A DNA stretch of 54,986 nt, from IMG/VR virus record IMGVR_UViG_3300028380_000008. The stretch is one strand, 5' to 3'. The position numbers were made by a program, and so were the translations under genes. Positions 17,334 to 27,161 of the stretch are shown in pieces. How positions within the stretch are numbered: position 1 is the stretch's first letter; the number at the start of each line of letters is the position of its first letter. The stretch is from an uncultured virus (IMG/VR IMGVR_UViG_3300028380_000008) (taxonomy: Duplodnaviria; Heunggongvirae; Uroviricota; Caudoviricetes). Below the pieces are notes generated by a model. That model was not told where the DNA came from. It saw only the letters and a list, made by a program, of their open reading frames with translations, and searched no databases.

Positions 17334-18460
17334 TGAAGATCGCGATCTTCAGCGACCTGCACGTCCACGCGTGGTCGGAACACTCTCGGGACGACGCCGG
17401 CACCCCGAGCCGGCTCCACCATTGCGTGTCCGTGCTGCGTAGTGTGCGCGAGCGCTGTGTCGAGCAGGAGATCCCGGTGGTCTTGTTCGGCGGCGACCTC
17501 TTCCACAAGCGCGGCGTGCTCTACACGCTCCCGTACAACCTGGTCGTTGAGGAGCTAGCCGAGTGGCGCCGCGCCGGCTTGCGGCTCCTCGCGAACGTTG
17601 GCAACCACGACGCGGCGGACCGCCACGGCAAGGTCCACGCGCTCCAGGCGATCGAGAGCGCCGGCCTGCTCCAGTCGGTTCCCGGCCGCCTCGACGGGTG
17701 GGCAAACTGGCTCATGGCAGATGAAGATGGCGGCGGGCCAGATGTCGTGGTCACGGCGGTCGCCTACTGTCCAGGGGCCGACGAGCTCAGGCGGAGGGCC
17801 GACGCTGCGATCACGGCCCGACCAGACGGGACGGACCACTCGTCGACGTTCAACATCGGTCTGTTCCACCATGGGTTCCGCGGCGCGCGGGTCGGGACGT
17901 CACTCGAGTACCAGATCAAGGAGGACGCCGACCCGGACGAGTACGCGAAGTCGTTCGACGTGATGTTCTCCGGCCACTACCACGCCCACCAGGAGATCGG
18001 TACGCGCGGGAACGCGTGGTACGTCGGGTCGCCGATGGAGTTCGTGCGCGGTGAGACGTCGCCGAAGGGCTTCCTCGTGCTCGACACCGCGGAGGCCGAG
18101 ATCGAGCGCGTCGACCTGGACTTGCCGAGATTCGTGAAGCTGACCGGCGTGGAGATCGCGGACCCCGACTTCGACGTCGAGGGTCACGTCCGCGGCAACT
18201 TCGTGGACGTCGTGTTCGAGGAGCTGCCGGTGCCCTGGGACGACGTCGACGCGACGCTCCGCAAGCTAGGCGCGGAGGGCGTCCGAGCCTGCCCGCTGCG
18301 CCCCGACAAGCTCCCGAAGTCGTCCCGCCTGGAGGTCGACCCGACCGCTGGCGACCGCCAGCTGCTGGAGGCGTACATGGAGCACGTCGGGGTCGACCCG
18401 TCGGAGCTCGGCGACCTCCTCAGGGTCGGGCTGGACCTCCTGGAGGAGGCTGCGGGGTGA
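17333..18460 (+). CDS. sbcD: SbcD/Mre11-like metallophosphoesterase nuclease
   Basis: FSDLH, GGDLFH, GNHD, SGHYHAHQ, YVGSP. Confidence 0.9.
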   Translation: MKIAIFSDLHVHAWSEHSRDDAGTPSRLHHCVSVLRSVRERCVEQEIPVVLFGGDLFHKRGVLYTLPYNLVVEELAEWRRAGLRLLANVGNHDAADRHGKVHALQAIESAGLLQSVPGRLDGWANWLMADEDGGGPDVVVTAVAYCPGADELRRRADAAITARPDGTDHSSTFNIGLFHHGFRGARVGTSLEYQIKEDADPDEYAKSFDVMFSGHYHAHQEIGTRGNAWYVGSPMEFVRGETSPKGFLVLDTAEAEIERVDLDLPRFVKLTGVEIADPDFDVEGHVRGNFVDVVFEELPVPWDDVDATLRKLGAEGVRACPLRPDKLPKSSRLEVDPTAGDRQLLEAYMEHVGVDPSELGDLLRVGLDLLEEAAG

Positions 18461-18463
18461 GGG

Positions 18464-18653
18464 ACGACGATCGATGATCGTCGTGTGCTGATCAAAGTGG
18501 CTGAGCGCCTGCGTCGCATCTGCAGGTTGTGATTTTCCCTGGTGTGAGGACAGCGCAGAAAGCTCCCACGGTGTACTGACGGAGCCTTCCGATCGGCGGG
18601 AAAATGCGCAAGAGCTGGACGATCGTACAACCGTAACGCGAACCAGATCAGTA
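18464..18653 (+). ncRNA. candidate structured RNA in a 245-bp intergenic gap
   Basis: Nested stems TGCTGATC/GATCAGTA, TTGTG-ATTTTCCC/GGGAAAAT-G-CGCAA, GCTCC/GGAGC, plus a 9-bp hairpin at 18464-84. Confidence 0.3.
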
Positions 18654-18705
18654 ACCAACGGACCGACAGGCAAGCCGATCAACATCAGGATTTTTGGAGG
18701 ATACG

Positions 18706-19215
18706 ATGGCGACAACGAACTACAAGAGCACGAGGCTGCTGGTCGAGGCGGTCAACCGGGAGATGGAGGCCGTCCGCAAGGCGGCGATGGGCAACCTGGC
18801 TCTCGGCGCGCTCAACGAGCTGCGCGAACTGGTCGGGCAGCTCGCGCAGAGGGCGGAGCGGACGGCGGTCGAGGACGTCCCGGACATGAGCCCTCCGGAC
18901 TACGTCGCGACGATGAAGCCCCTCGTGGCCGAGTACCACCGCCAGCTCGCGGGGAGGAAGATGCTGCCGGCGTGCCTCTGCATGGACCTCGGCGTGGACG
19001 CGTGCGTGGTCATCGTTATCGGCGACGGCAAGACGTCGGTCTGGGCCGCCCACGACCCCGCGCGCCCCGAGGCCGCGCTCGCGGTCGAGACGCTCGTCGA
19101 CGCCGTCGACGCCGGGGTGAAGAAGGTCGTAGCCGAGGCCGCCGACGTGGCCGCCGAGGTCGTCCAGGACCCGCAGACGCCGTCGTCGTTGGATCCTGCG
19201 GGACCAGAGGTGTGA
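18706..19215 (+). CDS. hypothetical protein
   Basis: ATG at 18706 after GGAGG. Confidence 0.75.
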   Translation: MATTNYKSTRLLVEAVNREMEAVRKAAMGNLALGALNELRELVGQLAQRAERTAVEDVPDMSPPDYVATMKPLVAEYHRQLAGRKMLPACLCMDLGVDACVVIVIGDGKTSVWAAHDPARPEAALAVETLVDAVDAGVKKVVAEAADVAAEVVQDPQTPSSLDPAGPEV

Positions 19216-19670
19216 AGAAGCCGAACCAGATGGACTCTCGCAACCGGGACGCGAAGGAGATCCTCGCCGACCTGGAAGCCATGGGTCGCGAGCCGTGCCG
19301 GCTGGTGGTGTCCGGGTCCCGCGCGCTCGACCCGGAGCAGATGGCCGACGCGCTCACCGAGCAGTGGTCTTCGATCGTGGAGCTGGTCGGGTTTCGGCCC
19401 GCGCGCGTCGTCACTGGGTGCCTTCCGGTCGGCGCGGAGAAGGCGGCGCGTTTGGCGGCCAAGCGGGTCACCGGCAAGCTCGCGGTCGTGTTCCACCGCC
19501 CCGACATGGTCCACAGCGCGACCGCGGCCGAGATGCTCATGAACATCCTCCTATCCAAGAGCGGCGACGCGGCGCTGATCTTGGCGACGAACTCCAAGCC
19601 CGCCTGCACCAACCTGCGACGGCAGTTCGCGGGGTGGGACAAGCGGGTATACCAGGTAGAGGTCAAGTGA
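19212..19670 (+). CDS. SLOG/YspA-like (DUF2493-like) protein
   Basis: RLVVSGSR…VVTGCLPVGAEKAARLAA…SGDAALIL. Confidence 0.55.
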   Translation: MKKPNQMDSRNRDAKEILADLEAMGREPCRLVVSGSRALDPEQMADALTEQWSSIVELVGFRPARVVTGCLPVGAEKAARLAAKRVTGKLAVVFHRPDMVHSATAAEMLMNILLSKSGDAALILATNSKPACTNLRRQFAGWDKRVYQVEVK

Positions 19671-19671
19671 C

Positions 19672-19881
19672 ATGAATCTGGACGTGAGCAAGCTCCGAGA
19701 GATCCTGTGCAGGCACGCGACGGACGCCGCCGAGCCGCAGGAGGACGGCGTCTTCAGCCTCCCGTGGCTGAGCACGGAGACGTTCTACCGGATGACCGAG
19801 GAGTACGTCGCGCCGGACAAGCGCGCGGCGTACAAGCGCGACCTCGAGCGCGCGTTCCCGGGGAAGAGGGGCGTGCTGTGA
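19672..19881 (+). CDS. hypothetical protein
   Basis: Tightly packed ORF. Confidence 0.6.
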   Translation: MNLDVSKLREILCRHATDAAEPQEDGVFSLPWLSTETFYRMTEEYVAPDKRAAYKRDLERAFPGKRGVL

Positions 19882-20513
19882 TCTACCCGTTCCGTTCGAT
19901 CACCTCGTTCGTCCGCCCGTTCGTCGTCGACGTCCTCCGGAACTGGAAGAGGTACGAGTGGACGCTGCAGGGGTTCGGGATGCTGCGCGCGTACCTCTTC
20001 GGTCGCGAGCTCCGCCTGCACGTCTGGGACTCGAGGTTCGCGGTCCCGGGCGTGACGACGATCCACGACCACCCGTGGCACTTTGAGTCCGCCGTCGTGT
20101 CCGGTAGCCTCACCAACACGGTGTACAAGGTGCACCCGTGCACGTACGTCGAGACGTTCACGCTGCCGCTGGCGGCGATCCGCCAGACGTACGTGGAGGC
20201 GACGATCGTCTGCGGTCCGGGTGGACGTAATGACCCGGTGGAGATGAAGGCGCGCGGGCGCCGCGTGTGGTTGGCGTCACCCGAGTCGTCGGTCGTTGCG
20301 GCGGGTAAGATGTACCGGCAGCGCTCGGACGAGGTCCACTGTACGACGTACGAGGACGGGACGGTCACCCTGGTCCGCCGCGAGTTCCTGCAGGACATGG
20401 AGCACGCGCGCGTGTTCTTCAAGGAAGCTGATGGGTGGGTGAGCGCCGAGCCGCGCGCCGCGACGCCGGACGAAGTCGACGCGATCGTCGGCCGCGCGCT
20501 GGAGAAGCTGTGA
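19878..20513 (+). CDS. cupin/cysteine-dioxygenase-like protein
   Basis: RLHVWD…IHDHPWHFESAVVSG…DEVH. Confidence 0.65.
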   Translation: MIYPFRSITSFVRPFVVDVLRNWKRYEWTLQGFGMLRAYLFGRELRLHVWDSRFAVPGVTTIHDHPWHFESAVVSGSLTNTVYKVHPCTYVETFTLPLAAIRQTYVEATIVCGPGGRNDPVEMKARGRRVWLASPESSVVAAGKMYRQRSDEVHCTTYEDGTVTLVRREFLQDMEHARVFFKEADGWVSAEPRAATPDEVDAIVGRALEKL

Positions 20514-22333
20514 GCAAGCGGATCCTCCGCATGCGCGTCGAGAACTTCCTCTCCTTCGGCGAGGCGGACTTCGACTTCGAGGGGGCCGGGTTCGTCCTCG
20601 TCGAGGGCGAGAACGGCGCGGGCAAGAGCGCGATGGTGGACGCGCTCGTGTGGTGCCTGTTCGGGAAGACGCTGCGCGGGTACGAGCACGACGAGGTCAT
20701 CCACCGCAAGGTCGGCGACGGCTGCGTGGTGACGGTCGACCTCGACGACGGCCCCGGTCCCGGGAGCGTGTACCGCGTCGGGCGCGCCCGCCGGCACCCG
20801 GAGCACAAGAACTCGCTGTGGCTGTCGTGCGACGGCGCGGACGCGTCGGGCGCCGGCGAGAAGGACACGCAGCTGCTGATCGAGCGGACGCTCGGGTGCT
20901 CGTTCAAGACCTTCCTGTCGAGCGTCGTCTTCGGGCAGGACCGCGCCTACCGCTTCAGCAGCCTCACCGACGCCGAGCAGAAGAAGATCCTCGACGAGGT
21001 GCTCGGCGTCGAGCGCTTCGCGCTCGGGTGCGCGGCGGCGCGGAAGCGGGTGTCCTCGGTCCAGGCTGGCTTGGACGTCCTGCGGCGCGACCTGGCGCGC
21101 GCGGAGGCGTCGCGCGACGAGGCCGACGTCGATGCCAGGTCCCTCACCACCAAGGACGGCGACTTCGCCCGAGCGCAGGCCGCGAAGGTCGAGGCGGAGG
21201 AGGGGAAGCTCCGCAAGGTGAAGGCGCACCTGAACAAGGCGAGGAGGTTCCGCGACGCCGACGCGCTCAAGGAGAGCCTCGCCGCCGCGCAAGCGGCGGT
21301 CACGGCGTGCGACAGGAAGCTCGCCAAGGCGGCAGAGTCGGAGACGGCGGCGAAGGTCGAGCACGGAAGCGCGGCGCGCCGGCTGGCGGAGGTCGAGGAC
21401 GACCTGAAGCGCGGCGCCCTGAAGGAGGTGTGCCCGGCTTGCGGGCAGAAGATCGACGCCAAGAAGCGCGCGAAGATCGCGGCGGAGCTCGAGGCGCGGC
21501 GCGCCGAAGCGGAGGAGAAGGTGACCACCGCTGAAGCCGTCCTCGGCGGCGCCGCGGCGGCGACCAAGCACGCGAGGACGAAGCTCGACGAGGCGCGCGG
21601 CGTCCTGAAGGCGGCCCAGGAGACGTATTCTCAGGAGATCGAGGCGACGGCCGACGCCGCGGCGTGGCGCCAGCGCGCGAAGGACCACGAGGCTCGCCTC
21701 ACCGAGCTGCGGGCGGAGGTCAACCCGTACGCCGCCCTCGCAGCCAAGGCGCGGACCAAGCACGCCAAGCACGCCAAGGAGGCCGAGACCATCGCCCGAG
21801 GGATCGCAGACCTCGAGACCCAGCTCGGGCACGCCCAGTTCTGGGTCAAGGCGTTCGGGAACTCCGGGCTGCGCTCCCTCCTGGTCGACAGCTCACTGCC
21901 GCTGCTCAACCAGGAGGCCGCCCGCGTCTCGCGGGCGCTCACGGGCGGGGCGATCGCGGTCGAGTTCAGCGCGACGTCCGAGCAGAAGTCGGGGAAGGTC
22001 GTGGATAGGTTCGAGGTCCGCGTCGACAACCGGCACGGCGCCGGGACCTACGCAGGGAACAGCGCCGGAGAGCGGGCCAAGGTCGACCTGTGCGTCGGCC
22101 TCGCGCTCCAGCGGCTCGTCGCATCCCGGTCGTCGGCGTCATTCAACCTCGCCGTCTACGACGAGGTGTTCGACCACCTGAGCCCCGCGTCCCACGAGCG
22201 GGCGATCGACGTGCTGTCCACCCTAGACAAGGAGAGCGTGCTCGTCATCAGCCACAACGACGACCTCAAGTCGTGGTTCCCGAGCTCGTGGAGGATGGTG
22301 AAGCGCGGGGACTTCTCGGCGGTCGACGCCTGA
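20510..22333 (+). CDS. sbcC: SbcC/Rad50-like ATPase
   Basis: VENFLSF, GENGAGKS, FGQ, Zn-hook CPAC, NSAGERAK, VYDEVF, ISH. Confidence 0.92.
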   Translation: MSKRILRMRVENFLSFGEADFDFEGAGFVLVEGENGAGKSAMVDALVWCLFGKTLRGYEHDEVIHRKVGDGCVVTVDLDDGPGPGSVYRVGRARRHPEHKNSLWLSCDGADASGAGEKDTQLLIERTLGCSFKTFLSSVVFGQDRAYRFSSLTDAEQKKILDEVLGVERFALGCAAARKRVSSVQAGLDVLRRDLARAEASRDEADVDARSLTTKDGDFARAQAAKVEAEEGKLRKVKAHLNKARRFRDADALKESLAAAQAAVTACDRKLAKAAESETAAKVEHGSAARRLAEVEDDLKRGALKEVCPACGQKIDAKKRAKIAAELEARRAEAEEKVTTAEAVLGGAAAATKHARTKLDEARGVLKAAQETYSQEIEATADAAAWRQRAKDHEARLTELRAEVNPYAALAAKARTKHAKHAKEAETIARGIADLETQLGHAQFWVKAFGNSGLRSLLVDSSLPLLNQEAARVSRALTGGAIAVEFSATSEQKSGKVVDRFEVRVDNRHGAGTYAGNSAGERAKVDLCVGLALQRLVASRSSASFNLAVYDEVFDHLSPASHERAIDVLSTLDKESVLVISHNDDLKSWFPSSWRMVKRGDFSAVDA

Positions 22334-22346
22334 CACCGCATTTATT

Positions 22347-22377
22347 GTTGACAACGTCATCAGGTGCGAGATAGTGT
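22347..22377 (+). promoter_or_regulatory. operator GTTGAC-AAC-GTCATC overlapping a promoter
   Basis: TTGACA 22348-53, TAGTGT 22372-77; AT-rich upstream. Confidence 0.7.
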
Positions 22378-22390
22378 TCGACAAACCGCG

Positions 22391-23023
22391 ATGGCGACGA
22401 TCAAGCCGCTCCGTGACGACCTGATCCGGCGCATGCGCGCCGACCACTCCGCTAAGTCGCGACCTCGCCTGCTGTGGCAGGACACCCGGCTCGAGAAGGA
22501 GAACGGCGGCGGCTACCCGATCACCGGGCCGTGGTCGTTCCGCGAGACCTGCGGTCACCACGGGGAGTGGGCCGAGGTCGGCGAGCACTGGCTGCAGTGC
22601 AGGAGGTGCTGGTGGTGCAAGCCGAAGCTCGGTCGGCCGCCGAAGTTGGAGAAGCTGCCGGCGATCCTGAAGGGTCGGATGCTCCCGCCGCTGTCCGGCA
22701 AGGTCGACCTTCACGCGCTGTACGCGAACGGCGGGTTCGTGGTCGACGACGACCGGCGATCGGTGCTGTCGTCCGTCCGCGTCCGCGTCGTCCAGTACAC
22801 GTGGGCGAACGCCGACTTCGACGTCCGCCGGTGCGGCGTCGAGGTGAGGTTCCGAGGGCGCGGGTGGAGGGAGGCCGCGGTGTTCATGGAGACGCGGCTG
22901 CACCGGCTGGTCGAGGTGCTCCGCGCCGCCGCGCCGCGCCGCCCGAAGGCGCTATGGCGGTCGATCCAGTCGGCGATGGAGCAGCGGTGGACGCCGCCGT
23001 GGGAGCGCGAGGGCTGGTCGTGA
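22391..23023 (+). CDS. hypothetical protein (Cys/His cluster)
   Basis: ATG at 22391 downstream of the promoter. Confidence 0.65.
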   Translation: MATIKPLRDDLIRRMRADHSAKSRPRLLWQDTRLEKENGGGYPITGPWSFRETCGHHGEWAEVGEHWLQCRRCWWCKPKLGRPPKLEKLPAILKGRMLPPLSGKVDLHALYANGGFVVDDDRRSVLSSVRVRVVQYTWANADFDVRRCGVEVRFRGRGWREAAVFMETRLHRLVEVLRAAAPRRPKALWRSIQSAMEQRWTPPWEREGWS

Positions 23024-23250
23024 CTCCGCCGAGGCACCCGATACGTGACCGCCGGGAGCGCCGGCGCCTGCGGCGCGCCCACAGCGTGCCGTACTACCCA
23101 TACGGGAGCAGGTGCGTGAGGTGCCGCCGCGTCATGCAACCAGACCAGCTGCACTGGAACTCTATCCAACACCACAAATCGAGTGAGCTGTTGTGCAAAG
23201 ACAGAAGGACGTGTGAGAGGATTCGCCGTAAGCTGAAGGGCAGCAGATGA
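23020..23250 (+). CDS. small basic Cys-containing protein
   Basis: GTGA and ATGA overlaps; CVRC…CKDRRTC. Confidence 0.55.
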   Translation: MTPPRHPIRDRRERRRLRRAHSVPYYPYGSRCVRCRRVMQPDQLHWNSIQHHKSSELLCKDRRTCERIRRKLKGSR

Positions 23251-23525
23251 AGATAATTGGCAACGGTGAGATGGAATGGGGAATCGGGCACGTCCGGCAC
23301 GTCCTCGTAGCTGCGAGAGGAGCTCGGTGGGGTCTCCTGTGCCAGGTTCTCCCGAGCGACTACGTCACCTGGGACCCGACGTCGTTCCCGGTCAAGGAGG
23401 AGAAGACGAGCGAAGCGGTCGTTTGGAAGCACGACCGCAGCAAGATCAGCTGTAAGTCGTGCATCGCAGTGCTCGACGGAGCGACTATCGAGACGCACCA
23501 GATCACGCCACCGAGGAGCGCATGA
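23247..23525 (+). CDS. hypothetical protein
   Basis: ATGA overlaps on both ends. Confidence 0.6.
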   Translation: MKIIGNGEMEWGIGHVRHVLVAARGARWGLLCQVLPSDYVTWDPTSFPVKEEKTSEAVVWKHDRSKISCKSCIAVLDGATIETHQITPPRSA

Positions 23526-23992
23526 GTATCATCAACGTATACAGCCCAAAGTTCGACGTCTTCCACGACCGCGCGGTCGTGATCTGGCAGGAGAAAGACG
23601 GACCTGTACAGATCACCGAGAACTTGCTGGTCCAGTACAACGCGTGGAGATCAGCGAGGTACCCGAAGAACGAGCCGCCGTCCTTCTTCTGGGAGTCCAA
23701 CGGTCCGGCGATCGCGCGGGCGCTCTCCTTCTGCGGCGCGTCCGCTCTCGTGGCGTCTGCGTTCGACCGGAAGGTCCGGTACAGCTGGTTCAGGGCTACC
23801 GCGAGCCCGTTCGGAGGTGACAGCTACGGCATCTGCCCGGTCTACGCTGAGGTCGGCGCCGGCAACGCGTCGGTCGTGCACGTCACGCTGCCGACCGACG
23901 AGGAGGTCGTCTTCACGTTCAGCGCGGCCGAGATGGCGAAGACGGAGTGGGTCAGGACGTTGGACTGGGCCAAGACGGCGGGGGACGCGTGA
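23522..23992 (+). CDS. hypothetical protein
   Basis: ATG at 23522 after GAGGAG. Confidence 0.65.
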   Translation: MSIINVYSPKFDVFHDRAVVIWQEKDGPVQITENLLVQYNAWRSARYPKNEPPSFFWESNGPAIARALSFCGASALVASAFDRKVRYSWFRATASPFGGDSYGICPVYAEVGAGNASVVHVTLPTDEEVVFTFSAAEMAKTEWVRTLDWAKTAGDA

Positions 23993-24636
23993 TCTTCCGT
24001 CCTGGAGAGGGCTTCCCTGTCCGGGCCAGCGGAACCGCGCGCGCCCTGGCCGCCGGCCGCGGTCGGCCGCTGTTCCGCGCGGTCACCGCCGACCCGCCGT
24101 GGCCGTTCGACGACAAGCTCCCGGGCGCCGGCCGGGGCGCCGCCAAGCACTACGACCTGCTCGACGACGCCATCGCGGCGCGGCAGTTCGTCGGCGGCGA
24201 CCTCCTCGACCAGGTCGCGGACGACGCCTACCTGTTCCTCTGGCGGGTGAGCGCCGGCGGCGGTCGCAGCATCATCACGCTGGTCGAGCGCGCGTACGCG
24301 GTCGCGCGCGCGTGGGACTTCGAGCCGAAGACCGAGATCATCTGGCGGAAGAAGACCAAGAACGGCGCCCGTCACTTCGGGATGGGGTGGCACGTGCGCA
24401 TGGAGCACGAGGCGTGCGTCGTCGCCACGCGCGGCAAGGTGAAGCCGCTCGTGCGAAACATCCGGTCCGTGTTCGACGCCGCCGCGCCGAGCTCGCCCAA
24501 CGGGCGGGCGATCCACAGCGCCAAGCCCGAGGCGTTCTACTCGAAGATCGTGGAGAAGATGTCGCGCGGCCCGTACCTCGAGCTGTTCGCCCGGCGCCGG
24601 CGAGCGGGGTGGACCTGCGTCGGAGACGCCCTGTGA
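23989..24636 (+). CDS. MT-A70 family adenine methyltransferase
   Basis: ADPPW, AAKHY, LFLW, IHSAKPE, YLELFARR…GW. Confidence 0.88.
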   Translation: MIFRPGEGFPVRASGTARALAAGRGRPLFRAVTADPPWPFDDKLPGAGRGAAKHYDLLDDAIAARQFVGGDLLDQVADDAYLFLWRVSAGGGRSIITLVERAYAVARAWDFEPKTEIIWRKKTKNGARHFGMGWHVRMEHEACVVATRGKVKPLVRNIRSVFDAAAPSSPNGRAIHSAKPEAFYSKIVEKMSRGPYLELFARRRRAGWTCVGDAL

Positions 24637-24905
24637 CGGACGAGGTCGGGGCGGTCCGGCTGAGGAAGCTCGCCACCGAGAGGAAGCGGCGCCGGGCGCT
24701 CGCGCTGGCGAGGGCGGCGCCGCGCGGGTCGATCCAGATCTCGTTGTCTTGGGCTAACAACCCGTTGAGCTGGTTGTCTACCGTGATATTGATGCTTGCT
24801 CCTGTCGTAGTTGTGTTGTTCTCGATTTGGTTGTCTGGTAAGTTCTTCGCCAAGAAGACAGGCGTCACTCCAGACGATCCGGACGACCTGAAGAGACCTG
24901 CTTGA
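24633..24905 (+). CDS. small single-pass membrane protein
   Basis: Basic N-terminus then WLSTVILMLAPVVVVLFSIWL. Confidence 0.55.
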   Translation: MTDEVGAVRLRKLATERKRRRALALARAAPRGSIQISLSWANNPLSWLSTVILMLAPVVVVLFSIWLSGKFFAKKTGVTPDDPDDLKRPA

Positions 24906-24919
24906 ACCGAGAGGGCGAC

Positions 24920-25261
24920 ATGACGAGCGACGCGGACGACCTGGTCAGGAGAGCGCAGACCCAGCTCGACGAGCACCGGCGGTGGCTGGCGACCGAGATC
25001 GGCGGCACGCCGCTATCGGCGTTCGGCGGCTCGCAGGAGGCGCGCGTCGAGCTCATGATCCAGGCGCACGAGATCAAGCTCCGCGTGGCTCGGGTCTCCG
25101 GGATCGTCGCCTCCGTCGTGTACGAGTACCCGGACGACCTGTACAAGTTCCTCAGCGCGGAGATCGCTCCGGACCACCTGCGAGCGTCGCTGCGCGGTGG
25201 CCACGTGGTCGACCCGAACCAGCCGGCTTCATCGTGGAGGCGCGTCGGCGATGAGGGGTGA
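24920..25261 (+). CDS. hypothetical protein
   Basis: ATG at 24920 after GAGGG. Confidence 0.6.
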   Translation: MTSDADDLVRRAQTQLDEHRRWLATEIGGTPLSAFGGSQEARVELMIQAHEIKLRVARVSGIVASVVYEYPDDLYKFLSAEIAPDHLRASLRGGHVVDPNQPASSWRRVGDEG

Positions 25262-25910
25262 CGACGACGCGGTCCGCGGGATGAGGGAGCGGCTGCGCGA
25301 GAGCGCCGGCAAGGGTGTCAGCCGCGGCAAGGCGGCGCGCGAGCCGGTCACGTCGATCGCCAAGGTCGAGGCCGACCGCGGGCGGAAGAACAGCCGCGTG
25401 AAGGGCAACCGAGCGGAGCTCGACGTCGCCGAGATGTTCTCGCGGTGGAGCGGGGAGGTCGTCCGCCGCACGCCGGGGAGCGGAGGGTGGTCGTCCGCGA
25501 AGTTCGGCGTCACCGCCGATCTCGTGTGCCCGAACAAGGCGTTCCCGTTCCACGTCGAGGTCAAGCACCGCGAGGGGTGGGTGCTCGACGACCTGGTCAC
25601 CGGGGTCCGCCGCGACCATGACAAGAGCATTACGCAGTGGTGGAAGCAGTGCGTGGACAGCTGCCCGAAGACGAGTCCCGATCGGCCGCCGCGGGTGAGC
25701 TCCCTGGCCAAGGTGCCGCTGCTCGTGTTCCGCCGCAACCGGCAGCCGTGGCTCGTGATGATGTGCTCGGGGGCTTGCCGGCACGACGACCAGGCGGAGT
25801 TCACGCTTCAGTACGTGCCGTACCCGTACGTCGTGGTCATGCTGCTCGACGTGTTCCTCGACCTCGAGCCAGTGCCGGAAGGGCTCAAGAACCACAAGGC
25901 AGAGACATGA
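25251..25910 (+). CDS. Holliday junction resolvase (Hjc-like PD-(D/E)xK)
   Basis: NSRVKGNRAELDVA…RRTPGSGG…ADL…VEVKHRE…PLLVFRRNR. Confidence 0.8.
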   Translation: MRGDDDAVRGMRERLRESAGKGVSRGKAAREPVTSIAKVEADRGRKNSRVKGNRAELDVAEMFSRWSGEVVRRTPGSGGWSSAKFGVTADLVCPNKAFPFHVEVKHREGWVLDDLVTGVRRDHDKSITQWWKQCVDSCPKTSPDRPPRVSSLAKVPLLVFRRNRQPWLVMMCSGACRHDDQAEFTLQYVPYPYVVVMLLDVFLDLEPVPEGLKNHKAET

Positions 25911-26374
25911 GCTTCGAGCGCATCGCTAAGATCCTGCACGTCGACGAGGTCAACATGATGCACGGACCCCGAGGGGTCGCGATCTACGTGCGCATCGGCA
26001 AGTCGACGCACAGCGCGATGGTCGACAACGAGGCGCTCGGCGTCGGCAAGCGGCGGCTCGAGGTGATCGCCGAGCACCTCGGTCACCTCGCTGACGCGAA
26101 CACCCACAAGGTCCGCAACCGCCTCATCAAGGGTCACGTGGATCCCGCGACGGCGGCAGCCATCCAGGCGGATCGCGACACCGACCTGCGCCGGGCTTTT
26201 GCTGGCCGCGCCTGGTTCGACCGGCCGTACGACGGCCCGCTCCAGCAGGCGCAGCGCGCCGACCCAGCTCCGGCAGAACCTCCGTCTCCGCTCCCTCCGG
26301 CGCCGGCTCAGGAGCCTGACGAGGTGATGCCGAGCAGGTTCCACGCTATCATGGCCGAGCTGCAGAGCATGTAG
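25907..26374 (+). CDS. hypothetical protein with a Pro-rich linker
   Basis: ATGA overlap; ends SRFHAIMAELQSM. Confidence 0.65.
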   Translation: MSFERIAKILHVDEVNMMHGPRGVAIYVRIGKSTHSAMVDNEALGVGKRRLEVIAEHLGHLADANTHKVRNRLIKGHVDPATAAAIQADRDTDLRRAFAGRAWFDRPYDGPLQQAQRADPAPAEPPSPLPPAPAQEPDEVMPSRFHAIMAELQSM

Positions 26375-26397
26375 CTTGCCGAGAGGATCTGGAAAAG

Positions 26398-26775
26398 ATG
26401 AGACAGCTGAGATACGTCGACTTCGACTGCGCGAACTGCGGATCGATCTGTACGCGGCTGGTGTACTTCGACACCGACCTGCGTCGTCCGTGCGACGACG
26501 ACACGCAGTATTGCGAAGAGGAGATCTACTCGAACTTGACGGAAGCTGGCGTGCCTTGTTGGTCTGCTTGTGGTGCCGAGTTGACCCCGCGCGAGATGAA
26601 CGGCATCGGTTACATGAAGACGATCGTGAAGGGCAACGGAGACTTCTGTGAGCGCGAGCGCGCGCGGCTCGAGAAGCGCGGCGACGACCACTGGCGCAGG
26701 CAGGGCCGCGACGAGGCGATCGACCGGGAGCGAGCCTTCCTCAAGAAGCAAGGAGTCGCTGGCGGAGTCAAGTGA
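26398..26775 (+). CDS. FmdB-like Zn-ribbon protein
   Basis: DFDCANCG…CWSACG. Confidence 0.6.
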   Translation: MRQLRYVDFDCANCGSICTRLVYFDTDLRRPCDDDTQYCEEEIYSNLTEAGVPCWSACGAELTPREMNGIGYMKTIVKGNGDFCERERARLEKRGDDHWRRQGRDEAIDRERAFLKKQGVAGGVK

Positions 26776-26869
26776 CAGAGCACCGTCGTCAAACGTCGTC
26801 GTTGATATGAGGTGGCGCGCTCGTAATATTGCAACAGGACACTAGAGCGCGTACATCTAGAACAACTAG

Positions 26870-27160
26870 ATGTCATTCGTGAAGACCCCGGAAGGCGTGA
26901 TCATGGACGCCGACAACCACCGAGCGATGGTCGCCCTCGCGACGGAGCACGGCCTCGGCAACGTGCTGGCGATGCTGGTCCCGGCTGAGCCGTACGACCC
27001 GCAGGAGATCTTCCAGCGGTCACTGCTCGCGCGGGACCTCCGGGAGGAGACGCGAGCTGCCCAGATCGAGGACGACTTCCGGCTGCGCGGGCAGCAGCGC
27101 TACGTCAAGCGGGAGGCGCCTCCCGTCCCTCCGTGGGCTCGGGCGCGCCGGCGCGGCTGA
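26870..27160 (+). CDS. hypothetical protein
   Basis: ATG ORF downstream of TTGATA…TAATAT promoter-like sequence. Confidence 0.65.
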   Translation: MSFVKTPEGVIMDADNHRAMVALATEHGLGNVLAMLVPAEPYDPQEIFQRSLLARDLREETRAAQIEDDFRLRGQQRYVKREAPPVPPWARARRRG

Positions 27161-27161
27161 C

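Noticed and set aside
18458..18545. In-frame extension after the sbcD TGA suggesting stop-codon readthrough or recoding
   Set aside because: Many genes use TGA with GTGA/ATGA coupling, so the standard code fits; further stops follow quickly
19883..21832. Long antisense ORFs (also 7700-9343, 3955-5493, 46776-48362, 31934-33352)
   Set aside because: Shadow frames of well-supported genes, expected at this GC content
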